NCBI GenBank assembly: GCA_016202695.1
Contig: JACQOE010000092.1
Coordinates: 24,490-88,489, forward strand
Length of the DNA: 64,000 bases
Source of the DNA: Pseudomonadota bacterium
GTDB lineage: Bacteria > Pseudomonadota > Alphaproteobacteria > JACQOE01
Reading direction: 5' to 3'
The translations under genes and the position numbers were made by a program. Position 1 is the stretch's first letter. Each line of letters begins with the position of its first letter. This document shows positions 1 to 9,470 of the stretch, piece after piece. Below the pieces are notes generated by a model, which did not search any database, had not been told where the DNA came from, and worked only from the letters and a program-made list of their open reading frames with translations.

Positions 1-1
1 C

Positions 2-739
2 GCGGCCGACGGCCGGCTCGCGGTCACCACTTCGAAGGGGACTGCGATCGCGGCCCGGGCGCTGATCGTCGCCGCCGGCGTCGGAGCCTTCGGCCCCAAC
101 CGGCCGCCGCTGCCGGGAATCGAGGCGTTCGAGGAGACGAGCGTCTTCTACCTGGTGAGGCGGCGCGAGGACCTGCGCGGCAGGCGGGTGGTCATCGCCG
201 GCGGCGGCGATTCGGCAGTCGACTGGGCGCTCTCGCTCGCCGAGGTGGCGGCGCGGGTGATGGTGGTGCACCGCCGGCTCAAGTTCCGAGCCGCGCCGGA
301 GAGCGCGGAACGCCTCAGGCGCCTGGCGGAGGAGGGCGCGATCGAGCTGGTCATCCCCTACCAGCTGCACGCGATCGAGGGCGCGGAAGGGCGGCTCTCG
401 GCGGTGATCGTGCGCACGCTCGAGGGCGCCGAGCGACGCCTCGAGGCCGACGTGCTCCTTCCCTTCTTCGGGCTTTCCATGCAGCTCGGGCCGATCGCGG
501 AGTGGGGGCTCAACCTGGAGCGCAACCACGTCGCCGTCGATCCGGGAACCTGCGCCACCAGCCTCGCCGGAGTCTTCGCGATCGGCGACATCGCCGCCTA
601 TCCCGGCAAGCTCAAGCTGATCCTCACCGGCTTCGCCGAGGCGGCGACGGCGGCGCATGCCATCCATCCGCTCGTCTTCCCCGGCGAGGCGCTGCACTTC
701 GAGTATTCGACCACGACCGGGGTGAAGGGCTTCGCCTGA
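2..739 (+). CDS. ferredoxin-NADP+ reductase, thioredoxin-reductase-like type; 5' end outside the window
   Basis: The frame is open from the window edge (AADGRLAVTT...). It contains the NADPH Rossmann motif VVIAGGGDSAVDWAL, GVFAIGD and a C-terminal HFEYSTT tail typical of TrxR-type FNR. Confidence 0.8.
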   Translation, partial: AADGRLAVTTSKGTAIAARALIVAAGVGAFGPNRPPLPGIEAFEETSVFYLVRRREDLRGRRVVIAGGGDSAVDWALSLAEVAARVMVVHRRLKFRAAPESAERLRRLAEEGAIELVIPYQLHAIEGAEGRLSAVIVRTLEGAERRLEADVLLPFFGLSMQLGPIAEWGLNLERNHVAVDPGTCATSLAGVFAIGDIAAYPGKLKLILTGFAEAATAAHAIHPLVFPGEALHFEYSTTTGVKGFA

Positions 740-770
740 CCCCCCGACCGGCGCAAAGGACGAACCGCGC

Positions 771-1952
771 ATGGCCATCGATCTCGCCCGCGCCCGGGCC
801 GAAACCCCGGGCGCAAGCCAGGTGCTCCACTTCAACAATGCCGGCGCCGGGCTGATGCCGGGCCCGGTCCGCGAGGCCGTGGTCGCGCACCTCGATCTCG
901 AGTCGCGGATCGGCGGCTACGAGGCGGCCGCGGGGGCGGCCGAGAAGGTCGAGCGCGTCTACGACGCCGCCGCCGCGCTGCTGAACTGCGACCGCGGCGA
1001 GATCGCGATCGTCGAGAACGCGACCCGCGGCTGGGACATGGCCTTCTACGCCCTCCCCTTCGCCGCCGGCGAGTGCATCCTCACCTCGGAGGCCGAGTAC
1101 GCCAGCAACTACATCTCCTATCTCCAGGTCGCGCGGCGGACGGGCGCGCGCGTGGAGGCGGTGCCGAGCGAGGCGACGGGAGAGATGTCCGTGGCCGCGC
1201 TCGAACGCATGATCGACAAGGACGTCAAGCTGATCGCCGTCACCCACGTCCCCACCAACGGCGGGCTGGTCAATCCGGTGGCCGCGGTCGGGCGAATCGC
1301 GCGGGCCGCCGGCATCCCCTACCTGGTGGACGCCTGCCAGTCGGTCGGGCAGATGCCGGTGGACGTGGCGGCGGTCGGCTGCGACATGCTCTCGACCACC
1401 GGGCGGAAGTACCTCCGGGGCCCGCGCGGGACCGGGATTCTCTACGTCCGCCGCGGGCTGGCCGAGCGGCTCGAGCCGCCGTTCCTGGACCTGCACGCGG
1501 CGACCTGGGTGGCGCGCGACGACTATCGCGTGCGCGACGGCGCGCGTCGCTTCGAGAACTGGGAGACCAACGTCGCCGCCAAGATCGGCCTCGGGGTGGC
1601 GGCCGACTACGCGCTTTCCTGGGGGATGGAGGCGATCTACGCCCGCGTCCGCGCGCTCGCCGACTCGTTGCGGGCGGGGCTTGCCGCCATCCCCGGCGTA
1701 AGCGTGCGCGACCTCGGGCGCGAGCGCTGCGGGATCGTCAGCTTCACCGCCGCCCAGAAGAGCCCGCGCGCGATCAAGGAGGCGCTCGGCGAACGACGGA
1801 TCAACGTCCACGTCTCGCGCGCCGGCTCCACCCTCCTCGACATGCAGGCGCGCGGGATCGCCGAGCTGGTCCGCGCCTCGGTGCACTACTACAACGGCGA
1901 GGATGAGGTCGGGCGCTTCTGCGAGGAGCTGGCCCGCGTGCTCAAGGGTTAA
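771..1952 (+). CDS. class V aminotransferase / cysteine desulfurase-like PLP enzyme
   Basis: 393-aa ORF starting 32 nt after the upstream stop. Class V signatures are present (THVPTNGG, VDACQSVGQ, STTGRKYLRGPRGTG with a candidate PLP lysine). Confidence 0.8.
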   Translation: MAIDLARARAETPGASQVLHFNNAGAGLMPGPVREAVVAHLDLESRIGGYEAAAGAAEKVERVYDAAAALLNCDRGEIAIVENATRGWDMAFYALPFAAGECILTSEAEYASNYISYLQVARRTGARVEAVPSEATGEMSVAALERMIDKDVKLIAVTHVPTNGGLVNPVAAVGRIARAAGIPYLVDACQSVGQMPVDVAAVGCDMLSTTGRKYLRGPRGTGILYVRRGLAERLEPPFLDLHAATWVARDDYRVRDGARRFENWETNVAAKIGLGVAADYALSWGMEAIYARVRALADSLRAGLAAIPGVSVRDLGRERCGIVSFTAAQKSPRAIKEALGERRINVHVSRAGSTLLDMQARGIAELVRASVHYYNGEDEVGRFCEELARVLKG

Positions 1953-2232
1953 TCCTGCCGCCGGCGTTCCGGTCCGGCCCGGAGCCCGGCCGGCGCGGCG
2001 GCCGGAAGCGGTGCGCCGCCTCGTCGAAGCCGCGGCGGTGGCTGAAGGCGAGCAGGCCCATCAGGCCGACGGCGAGGGCGGCAACCCCGAAGACGGCGAG
2101 GGCCAGCGCGAGGGTCCCGTGCAGCCCGAGGTCGCCAAGGCCCCAGAAGAAGGCCACGGCCGTGACCGCGACCAGGGCGGCCGCGAGCGCGACGAGGAGC
2201 GCGGAGAGGACGAGCCGGGGAACGAAGCCCAC
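1942..2232 (-). CDS. hypothetical small membrane protein
   Basis: 96-aa ORF with three hydrophobic Ala/Leu/Val/Gly stretches. It fills the gap between convergent genes. I recognise no family and the start is uncertain. Confidence 0.3.
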   Translation of the reverse strand: MGFVPRLVLSALLVALAAALVAVTAVAFFWGLGDLGLHGTLALALAVFGVAALAVGLMGLLAFSHRRGFDEAAHRFRPPRRPGSGPDRNAGGRINP

Positions 2233-2271
2233 GCGCCCCGCGCCCCGATGGCGAGCCGTCCGACCCGCGCC

Positions 2272-3567
2272 TCAGTAGCGGTAGCTGTCGGCCTTGAAGG
2301 GGCCGTCGACGGCGACGCCGATGTACTCCGCCTGGCGCCGGCTCAGCCGGGTAAGCTTCGCCCCCAGCTTGGGCAGGTGCAGGAGCGCCACCTTCTCGTC
2401 GAGGTGCTTGGGCAGCACGTAGACCTTGCGCTCGTACTTCTCGGCGTTCCGCCACAGCTCGATCTGGGCCATCACCTGGTTGGTGAACGAGGCGCTCATC
2501 ACGAAGCTCGGATGCCCCATCGCGCACCCCAGGTTCACCAGCCGCCCCTTGGCGAGCACGATCAGGCGCTTGCCGTCGGGGAAGACGACCTCATCGACCT
2601 GCGGCTTGACCTCCTCCCATTTGAGGTTCTTGAGCGCCCCGATCTGGATCTCGGCGTCGAAGTGGCCGATGTTGGCGACGATGGCGCGGTCCTTCATCGC
2701 CCGCATGTGATCGAGCGTGATCACGTCGACGTTGCCGGTGGCGGTGACGAAGATGTCGGCCAGGGGGGCGGCCTCCTCCATGGTCACCACCTGGTAGCCC
2801 TCCATCGCCGCCTGCAACGCGCAGATGGGGTCGACCTCGGTGATCAGCACCCGCGCGCCGGCGCCCCTGAGCGAGGCGGCCGAGCCCTTGCCCACGTCGC
2901 CGTAGCCGCAGACCACGGCGACCTTGCCGGCGATCATCACGTCGGTGGCGCGGCGGATGCCGTCGATCAGGCTCTCGCGGCAGCCGTAGATGTTGTCGAA
3001 CTTCGACTTGGTCACCGAGTCGTTGACGTTGAATGCGGGCACGCCGAGCCTGCCCTTGCGCTCCATCTCGTAGAGCCGGCGCACCCCGGTCGTGGTCTCC
3101 TCGGAGAGGCCGCGCACCCCGGCCAGGAGGTCGGCGTGCTTCTCGTGCATCACCTGGGTGAGGTCGCCGCCGTCGTCGAGCAACAGGTTCGGGCGCCAGC
3201 CGTTCGGGCCGAAGATGGTCCGCTCGACGCACCACCAGTAGTCGTCCTCGCTCTCGCCCTTCCAGGCGAAGACGGGAACCCCCCGCTTGGCCATCGCCGC
3301 CGCGGCGTGGTCCTGGGTGGAGAAGATGTTGCACGAGCTCCAGCGCAGCTCGGCGCCGAGCTCGATCAGGGTCTCGATCAGCACCGCCGTCTGAATGGTC
3401 ATGTGCAGGCAGCCGGCGATCCGCGCCCCCTTGAGCGGCTTCCCGGCGCCGAACTCCCGGCGCACCGCCATCAGGCCCGGCATCTCGGTCTCGGCGATCG
3501 CGATCTCGCGCCGGCCCCACGGCGCGAGCGAAAGGTCGGCGACCTTGTAGTCGGGGGCGGATGCCAT
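2272..3567 (-). CDS. ahcY: adenosylhomocysteinase
   Basis: The track ORF 2272..3648 is trimmed to the ATG at 3567 ([22 protein letters not shown]). Full-length family pattern is present, including the NAD motif [10 protein letters not shown] and C-terminal [11 protein letters not shown]. Confidence 0.95.
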   Translation of the reverse strand: MASAPDYKVADLSLAPWGRREIAIAETEMPGLMAVRREFGAGKPLKGARIAGCLHMTIQTAVLIETLIELGAELRWSSCNIFSTQDHAAAAMAKRGVPVFAWKGESEDDYWWCVERTIFGPNGWRPNLLLDDGGDLTQVMHEKHADLLAGVRGLSEETTTGVRRLYEMERKGRLGVPAFNVNDSVTKSKFDNIYGCRESLIDGIRRATDVMIAGKVAVVCGYGDVGKGSAASLRGAGARVLITEVDPICALQAAMEGYQVVTMEEAAPLADIFVTATGNVDVITLDHMRAMKDRAIVANIGHFDAEIQIGALKNLKWEEVKPQVDEVVFPDGKRLIVLAKGRLVNLGCAMGHPSFVMSASFTNQVMAQIELWRNAEKYERKVYVLPKHLDEKVALLHLPKLGAKLTRLSRRQAEYIGVAVDGPFKADSYRY

Positions 3568-3705
3568 GGCGCTCTCCTGGGCTGGGCGGGGCGGGATGGG
3601 CCGTCGCCGGCGCATATACCAGGGAGCCGGCGGCGCCCGCAACCCCATGCCCGGAGCCGGGCGGGCCGGGGCGGCGGCGCCACCGCCGGGCCGGGCCCCC
3701 CGCCC

Positions 3706-4023
3706 CTACTCCTCCTCCTCGAAGCGGTCCTCGACCAGGCGGCAGAGGGCGTCGAGCGCGGCCTCGGCGTCGGGCCCCTCGGCGCCGAGGCTGAGGCGCA
3801 CGCCGGGCCCGGCGGCGAGCGTCATCAGCCCCATGATCGAGTGGCCCGAGACCCGCTGGCCCGCGCCCGGCGCGCTCCGCCGGGTGACGGTCACCTCGGC
3901 GTCGAAGGCGCGGGCGGTCTTGACGAACCTCGCCGCCGCGCGGGCATGCAGCCCGAGGCGGTTGACGATGACGACGCTCCGCCGCGCCGGGCGCTTCCGC
4001 GGGGCCTTCGCCGGCGCCGACAC
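3706..4023 (-). CDS. ptsH: phosphocarrier protein HPr/NPr
   Basis: GTG at 4023 lies 7 nt after the upstream stop. His-15 region NRLGLHARAA and Ser-46 region GHSIMGLMTL are present. The longer 143-aa version overlaps the EIIA gene. Confidence 0.85.
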   Translation of the reverse strand: MSAPAKAPRKRPARRSVVIVNRLGLHARAAARFVKTARAFDAEVTVTRRSAPGAGQRVSGHSIMGLMTLAAGPGVRLSLGAEGPDAEAALDALCRLVEDRFEEEE

Positions 4024-4030
4024 GGGGGTT

Positions 4031-4444
4031 TCAGGGCTTCTCGCTGGCGAGCAGCCGCGAGGCGACGTTGATGTACTTGCGCCCGGCCTCCTGCGCGCAG
4101 GCCACGGCCTCGGCCAGACCCTTCGACTCGCGCACACTGGCGAGCTTGACCAGCATCGGCAGGTTGACCCCGGCGATGACCTCGACCCGGGGCATGTCCA
4201 TCACCGAGATGGCGAGGTTGGACGGGGTGCCGCCGAACATGTCGGTCAGCAGCACCACGCCGCTGCCGCCGTCGACGCGGGCGATGCTCTCCAGGATCTG
4301 CTGGCGGCAGCGGTCGATGTCGCTGTCGGGGCCGATCGAAATCGCGACGACGTTGGCCTGCGGCCCGACCACGTGCTCGAGCGCCGCGATCATCTCCTCG
4401 CCGAGGCGGCCGTGGGTGACCAGCACCATTCCGATGATCGGCAT
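4031..4444 (-). CDS. manX: PTS EIIA component, mannose/fructose family
   Basis: 137 aa. N-terminal IGMVLVTHG active-site His region and overall EIIA-Man pattern. Its position between rapZ and HPr matches the alphaproteobacterial PTS-Ntr-like locus. Confidence 0.85.
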   Translation of the reverse strand: MPIIGMVLVTHGRLGEEMIAALEHVVGPQANVVAISIGPDSDIDRCRQQILESIARVDGGSGVVLLTDMFGGTPSNLAISVMDMPRVEVIAGVNLPMLVKLASVRESKGLAEAVACAQEAGRKYINVASRLLASEKP

Positions 4445-4501
4445 GTGGTTTCGCCCCTCGATCCTGTTCCGACGATCGGCGGTTCCGGGCCGGCGCCAAG
4501 C

Positions 4502-5398
4502 TTATACCAAGCCGGCGTCGCGGTGGAAAAGCTCGACCTTCCCGCCCTCCCCGGCGAGCCAAGCGGCCAGCCGCTCCGCCAGGTAGACGGAGCGGTGCCG
4601 TCCGCCGGTGCAGCCGAGCGCGATGGTGAGGTAGCTCTTGCCCTCGGCAAGATAGCGCGGCAGGAGCGGCTTGAGTAGCCGCGTCAGGCCGTCGAAGAAC
4701 TCGGCGAATCCCGGGTCGTCGGCGATGTAGGCGCCGACCGCGGGGTCGCGCCCGGTAAGGGGGCGAAGCGCGCCCACGTAGTGGGGATTGCGCAGGAAGC
4801 GGACGTCGAAGACCAAGTCGGCCTCGCGCGGCAGGCCCTTGGCGTAGGAGAACGAGACGACGCTGATCGCCAAGCCGCTCTTGCCGAGATCGAACCAGCC
4901 CCTGAGCGCGCGGCGGAGCTCGGCGAGGCTGAGGGCGGAGGAGTCGAGCACCAGGTCGGCCCGCTCGCGCAGGCCCGCCAGCAGCTTGCGCTCGTCGCGG
5001 ATGCCCTCGCTCACGGTGGCGTCGGGGGCCATCGGGTGGCGCCGGCGCGACTCGGTGTAGCGGCGGAGCAGCACCTCGTCGTCGCAGTCGAGGAACAGGA
5101 GCCGCACGGCGAGCCCGCGCCGTCTCGCCAGCGTCCTGAGCTTGGCCAGCAGCCGCTCGGCGTCGAAATCGCGGGTGCGGATGTCGATTCCGACCGCGCT
5201 CGCGCCCCCCCGGTGCACGATCTGCGCCAGGAGCGACATCGGCGCGTTGTCGACCGCCTCGTAGCCGAGGTCCTCGAGCCCCTTGAGCGCCGAGGTCTTG
5301 CCGGCGCCGGAGAGCCCGGTCACGACCACCACCCGGCCGACATTCGGCAACCGCTTGCGTCGCCGAGAAACCGCCCTCTCGCCGACCTGCGCCTCCAT
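4502..5398 (-). CDS. rapZ: RNase adapter / nucleotide-binding protein RapZ (YhbJ)
   Basis: 298 aa. Walker A VVVTGLSGAGKTSA, C-terminal CTGGRHRSV motif, full-length RapZ pattern. Confidence 0.9.
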   Translation of the reverse strand: MEAQVGERAVSRRRKRLPNVGRVVVVTGLSGAGKTSALKGLEDLGYEAVDNAPMSLLAQIVHRGGASAVGIDIRTRDFDAERLLAKLRTLARRRGLAVRLLFLDCDDEVLLRRYTESRRRHPMAPDATVSEGIRDERKLLAGLRERADLVLDSSALSLAELRRALRGWFDLGKSGLAISVVSFSYAKGLPREADLVFDVRFLRNPHYVGALRPLTGRDPAVGAYIADDPGFAEFFDGLTRLLKPLLPRYLAEGKSYLTIALGCTGGRHRSVYLAERLAAWLAGEGGKVELFHRDAGLV

Positions 5399-5406
5399 TG
5401 CCGGAA

Positions 5407-5832
5407 TTATCCCTCGACCGCGGCGGCGACGGCAAGGCGGAGCTTGGCCGGCGCCGAGGCCTCGAACGGCGCCAGCGCGATCAGCGGCAGCGTGAGCCCG
5501 AGGTAGCGGCAGCGCCGCGGCTCAGGCAGGCGCGAAACCTCGTCGGGCGCGACGAGGTCGACGACCAGGCGGAGCGCGGCGCGCGTCGCGTGCGCGACGG
5601 CGACGATACCCACCCCGCGCACCTCGAGCAGCCCGGCGAGGCGCGCCGGAGCGGCGGCGATCAGGCGCTCCCCCTCGCGCACCAGATCGACCCGGTCGTC
5701 GGCGACGAGCCGGGCGCCACCCTCGATCAGGCGCAGCGCGAGGTCGGACTTGCCGGCGCCCGGCGGGCCGCGCAGCAGCACCCCCGCCCCATTCAGGAGG
5801 AGCGCGGTGCCGTGCACCTGCTTCGACCGCAC
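5407..5832 (-). CDS. hprK: HPr kinase/phosphorylase, short alphaproteobacterial form (C-terminal domain only)
   Basis: 141 aa. P-loop GPPGAGKSDLAL and LLEVRGVGIV signature. It starts 7 nt downstream of the chvG stop. Confidence 0.85.
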   Translation of the reverse strand: MRSKQVHGTALLLNGAGVLLRGPPGAGKSDLALRLIEGGARLVADDRVDLVREGERLIAAAPARLAGLLEVRGVGIVAVAHATRAALRLVVDLVAPDEVSRLPEPRRCRYLGLTLPLIALAPFEASAPAKLRLAVAAAVEG

Positions 5833-5839
5833 GCCCCCC

Positions 5840-7552
5840 TCACCGGCCGGCGTCGGCGCGCGGCAGCCGGACGATCAGCCGCGCCCCCGCCGCCCGGCCC
5901 GGGCGACCGCCCGGCGGGCGCCGGTTCTCGGCCCGGATGGTGCCGCCGTGGGCGTCGACGATCTGGCGCGAGATGCTGAGGCCGAGGCCCGAGTGCGTGC
6001 CGAACTTCTCGGCCGCCGGGCGCTCGCTGTAGAAGCGATCGAAGATGGCCTCGAGCTTGCCCTCGGGGACGCCCGGGCCCTCGTCCTCGACCGCCGCCTC
6101 GATCCACCCGTCGCGCCCGGCGAGGCGCACCGTGATCGTGCCGCCGGGGGGGCTGAACGAGACCGCGTTGGCGATCAGGTTGCGGAAGACCTGGACCAGC
6201 CGGATGTCGATGCCGTTGACGACCAGGCCCGCTGTCTCGGGCCGCCTCCCGTCCTCGCAGACGACCACCAGCCGGGGGTCGCCCGGCCGCTTGGTCGCGA
6301 CGTGCACCTCGCCGAGGGCGGCAAGCACCCGGCCGAGGTCGACCGGGGTCATCTTCACCCGCGACAGCTCGGCATCGAGGCGCGAGGCGTCGGAGATGTC
6401 GCTGACCAGGCGGTTGATGCGCTGCACGTCCTCGACGATGATCTTCATCAGGCCGCGCACGCCGGCTGGATCGCTGAGCCGCGACGCGGTCTCGACCGCG
6501 CTCTGCAGCGAGGTGAGCGGGTTCTTGATCTCGTGGGCGACGTCGGCGGCGAAGCGCTCGATCGCGTCGAGCCGCCGCCACAGGGCCTCGGTCATGTCGC
6601 GAAGCGCCGCCGAGAGGTCGCCGATCTCGTCGCCCCGCGCCGATAGGTCGGGGATGAGGGCCGCCCGCTTCTCGCCGCGGCGGACCGTCTCGGCGGCGCT
6701 GGCGAGCCTGAGCAGCGGGCGGGCAATGGTGCGGGCAAGGTAGACCGAGAGCAGCACGGTGGCGACCAGCGCCACCCCGAACGCGTTCAGGATCGCGAGC
6801 CGCACCGTGAACAAAGTCTGCTCGAGATCCTCGCCGCTTTCCGACAGCATCACCGCCCCCAGCACCTTTTTGAAGCGCTGCACGGGGGCGGTGGCGGTGA
6901 TCACCAGCCCGCCCGACGAATCGATCCGCACCGCCTGGCCGGTGTCGCCGCCGAGCGCGGTCACCGCCTCGGCGTAATCCTCCGCCCTCTGCTCGGCCCG
7001 CTCGTGGTAGAGCGGGCGGTCCTCGCCGCGGGCGAACCATTCGCCCAGCGCGCGCGAGCCGCGCTCGAGCGGCCCGCGCCAATCGAATCCGGCGCGCGGC
7101 GGCGGCAGCACCTCGATCTGGACGAACCCGCCGAGGCGCTCGAGCCCGCGTGAATCGGCGATCAACGCTCCGTCGTCGGCGAACAGCCGGGCGCGCGCGT
7201 CCGTCAGCCGCCCCAGCCGGCGCACCATCTGGCGGGCGAGCGAGGGCATCAGGCGGTGCTCCTCGCCCGCGGCGTCGCGCACCGCGCCCTCGCCGAGGGC
7301 GGCGGCGATCAGCTCGGCCTGCGAGCGGAGCGACTCGACCTCGGCGGCGATCAGGCTGCTGCGGTACTGATCGAGATAGAGGAGGCCCCCGACCAGGATC
7401 GCCAGTGGCAACACATTGACGAGCAGGATGCGTCGGAGCAGGGGCGAGAAGGCCCGCCGGCGCGCGCGCCCCGCCCCGACGGCGCCCTCGTTCCCGCCGG
7501 CGGCCGGACCGCGGGCGTCGGGCGCCGCCGCCAGGCGAGCGGGCTCCGCCAC
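5840..7552 (-). CDS. chvG: sensor histidine kinase ChvG/ExoS/BvrS type
   Basis: GTG at 7552 lies 4 nt after the chvI stop. Two TM segments, HAMP-like linker, H-box FAADVAHEIKNPLTSL, and N/G boxes (NLIANAVSF, GLGLSISRQIV). The start is less certain than the end. Confidence 0.85.
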   Translation of the reverse strand: MAEPARLAAAPDARGPAAGGNEGAVGAGRARRRAFSPLLRRILLVNVLPLAILVGGLLYLDQYRSSLIAAEVESLRSQAELIAAALGEGAVRDAAGEEHRLMPSLARQMVRRLGRLTDARARLFADDGALIADSRGLERLGGFVQIEVLPPPRAGFDWRGPLERGSRALGEWFARGEDRPLYHERAEQRAEDYAEAVTALGGDTGQAVRIDSSGGLVITATAPVQRFKKVLGAVMLSESGEDLEQTLFTVRLAILNAFGVALVATVLLSVYLARTIARPLLRLASAAETVRRGEKRAALIPDLSARGDEIGDLSAALRDMTEALWRRLDAIERFAADVAHEIKNPLTSLQSAVETASRLSDPAGVRGLMKIIVEDVQRINRLVSDISDASRLDAELSRVKMTPVDLGRVLAALGEVHVATKRPGDPRLVVVCEDGRRPETAGLVVNGIDIRLVQVFRNLIANAVSFSPPGGTITVRLAGRDGWIEAAVEDEGPGVPEGKLEAIFDRFYSERPAAEKFGTHSGLGLSISRQIVDAHGGTIRAENRRPPGGRPGRAAGARLIVRLPRADAGR

Positions 7553-7556
7553 CGCC

Positions 7557-8267
7557 TCAGTCGTCGCGGTAGCGATAGCCGACGCCGTAGAGGGTCTCGA
7601 TCTGGGCGAAGCTCTCATCGACCGCCTTGAACTTCTTGCGGAGCCGCTTGACGTGGCTGTCGATGGTGCGGTCGTCGACGTAGATGTTCTCGCCATAGGC
7701 CGCGTCGATCAGCTGGTCGCGGCTCTTGACCACCCCCGGGCGCGCCGCCAGCGCCTTGACCAGCAGGAACTCGGTGACGGTCAGCGACACCGGCCGGCCG
7801 CGCCAGGTGGTCTCGTGGCGGGCCTGATCGAGCCTGAGCCCGCCGCGCTCGATCACCGTGCCCTGGCCGGCGCCCTCGTCGCGCGAGACCTCGGCGCGGC
7901 GCAGCAGCGTGCGGATGCGCTCGATCAGGAGCCGCTGGGAGAAGGGCTTGGTGATGTAGTCGTCGGCCCCCAGGCGCAGGCCGACCAGTTCGTCCATCTC
8001 CTCGTCCTTGGAGGTGAGGAAGATCACCGGCACCGAGCTTCTCCGGCGCAGCCGCGTCAGGAGCTCGATGCCGTCGAGGCGCGGCATCTTGATGTCGAGC
8101 ACGGCGAGGTCGACGGGCTGGCTGGAGAGGCCCTGGAGCGCCGACTCCCCGTCGGTGTAGGCGCGCACCCGGAACCCCTCGGCCTCGAGCGCCAGGGTCA
8201 CCGAGGCGAGGATGTTGCGGTCGTCGTCGACCAGCGCGATGGTCTTGCTCTCGAGGTTGGTCCCCAC
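7557..8267 (-). CDS. chvI: OmpR-family response regulator ChvI
   Basis: GTG at 8267 is preceded by GAGGAGGAGAGGG. Receiver domain ([11 protein letters not shown] ... LDIKMP) plus a winged-helix C-terminus (YGVGYRY). Confidence 0.9.
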   Translation of the reverse strand: MGTNLESKTIALVDDDRNILASVTLALEAEGFRVRAYTDGESALQGLSSQPVDLAVLDIKMPRLDGIELLTRLRRRSSVPVIFLTSKDEEMDELVGLRLGADDYITKPFSQRLLIERIRTLLRRAEVSRDEGAGQGTVIERGGLRLDQARHETTWRGRPVSLTVTEFLLVKALAARPGVVKSRDQLIDAAYGENIYVDDRTIDSHVKRLRKKFKAVDESFAQIETLYGVGYRYRDD

Positions 8268-8479
8268 CCCTCTCCTCCTCGGGCCGCGGCGCCTCCCCGG
8301 ACGGGCCGGGCGGGGCCGCGCGCCCCGGTGGCGAAAGTATAGCATTTTCGTGCCACTTGGCATTCCGGCCCCGGGATGGCAAGAGAGGGGCGGGCGGCGC
8401 CGGCGCCGGGGCCAAGCCCCCGCGCCCCCCCGCACCGAGCCGATCCGTGCCCGCAGGGATCCGAGAGGCCGAGGCCGCC

Positions 8480-9193
8480 ATGGCGGACGACACGATCGCG
8501 ACCGTGCGCCGGCTGGTCCGCGCGGCCGAGAAGGCCGCCCTCGCCACCGCGGGGGGCGAGGGATGGCCCTACGCCTCGCTCGTCACCCTGGCGACCGACC
8601 TCGACCTGAGCCCGATCCTGCTCCTCTCGGGGCTGGCCGATCACAGCCGCAACCTCGGCCGCGAGCCACGGCTTTCACTCCTGATCGACGGCACCGCCGG
8701 CTTTGCCAATCCCCAGGCCGGCCCGCGCGCGACCCTGATGGGGCGGGCGGGCGTGAGCGACGATCCCCTGCTCCGGGCCCGCTTCCTCGCCCGCCATCCC
8801 GGCGCCCGGCTCTACGCCGGATTCGGCGACTTCCGCATCTACCGGGTGACGGTCGAGCGGGTCCACTTCGTCGGCGGGTTCGCCCGCGCGCGCTGGCTGA
8901 ACGGGCGGACGCTGGTCCACCCCGGCCGCGCGGTCGCCGGCTTGCGGGCGGCCGAGGCCGCCCTCCTCGCGGACCTGAACCGCGAGTACGCGGAGGCGCT
9001 CGCCCTCATCGCCGGCCGGCTTCTCCGCCGGCGCGGACGCTCGTGGCGGATGACCGGCCTCGATCCCGAGGGGATCGATCTCGCGCCGCGGACCGGCCGG
9101 CGGGCGCGGCTCCAGTTCGACCGCCCCGTGTTCACCCCCGAGGACGTCCGCACCGAGCTGGGGCGGCTCGCGCGTGTGGCCCGCAAGGGTTGA
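8480..9193 (+). CDS. HugZ-like / pyridoxamine 5'-phosphate oxidase-related FMN-binding protein with DUF2470-like C-terminus
   Basis: ATG at 8480 ([23 protein letters not shown]). PNPOx split-barrel pattern (GWPYASLV ... PRLSLL). The call is at family level only. Confidence 0.65.
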   Translation: MADDTIATVRRLVRAAEKAALATAGGEGWPYASLVTLATDLDLSPILLLSGLADHSRNLGREPRLSLLIDGTAGFANPQAGPRATLMGRAGVSDDPLLRARFLARHPGARLYAGFGDFRIYRVTVERVHFVGGFARARWLNGRTLVHPGRAVAGLRAAEAALLADLNREYAEALALIAGRLLRRRGRSWRMTGLDPEGIDLAPRTGRRARLQFDRPVFTPEDVRTELGRLARVARKG

Positions 9194-9470
9194 GTTGTCT
9201 TGACACAGTTCCTCTCCGGGTCGCGGGCATCCGGTCCCCTTCGCCCCGACGCCGGGCCTGTTCCAGAGTCCCTCGCGGAAGTCCTTGTTTGGACAAAAAT
9301 ATGAGGTATTAATACAGAAGGGCGTCCTCGAGGCGTCCGCACAGAACCGGTCCAGCGGGACACCGGCAGCGAAAGGGAGGGGGCCGATCACGCCGATCCG
9401 GCCCCCGCTTGTCTTTCGCCGGGGGATCGGGCGCCTTGCCGTCCGCCAGTGAGGTTAATGGGGGTGTTTC

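Noticed and set aside
3568-3705. Possible SAH riboswitch in the ahcY leader
   Set aside because: I read the 138-nt leader on the gene strand and could not find the conserved SAH-riboswitch core (GAGGAGCGCUGCGAC ... CAACGGCGCUC) or a compatible pseudoknot. It contains only GC-rich imperfect hairpins that may terminate the upstream HPr gene. A covariance-model scan would settle it.
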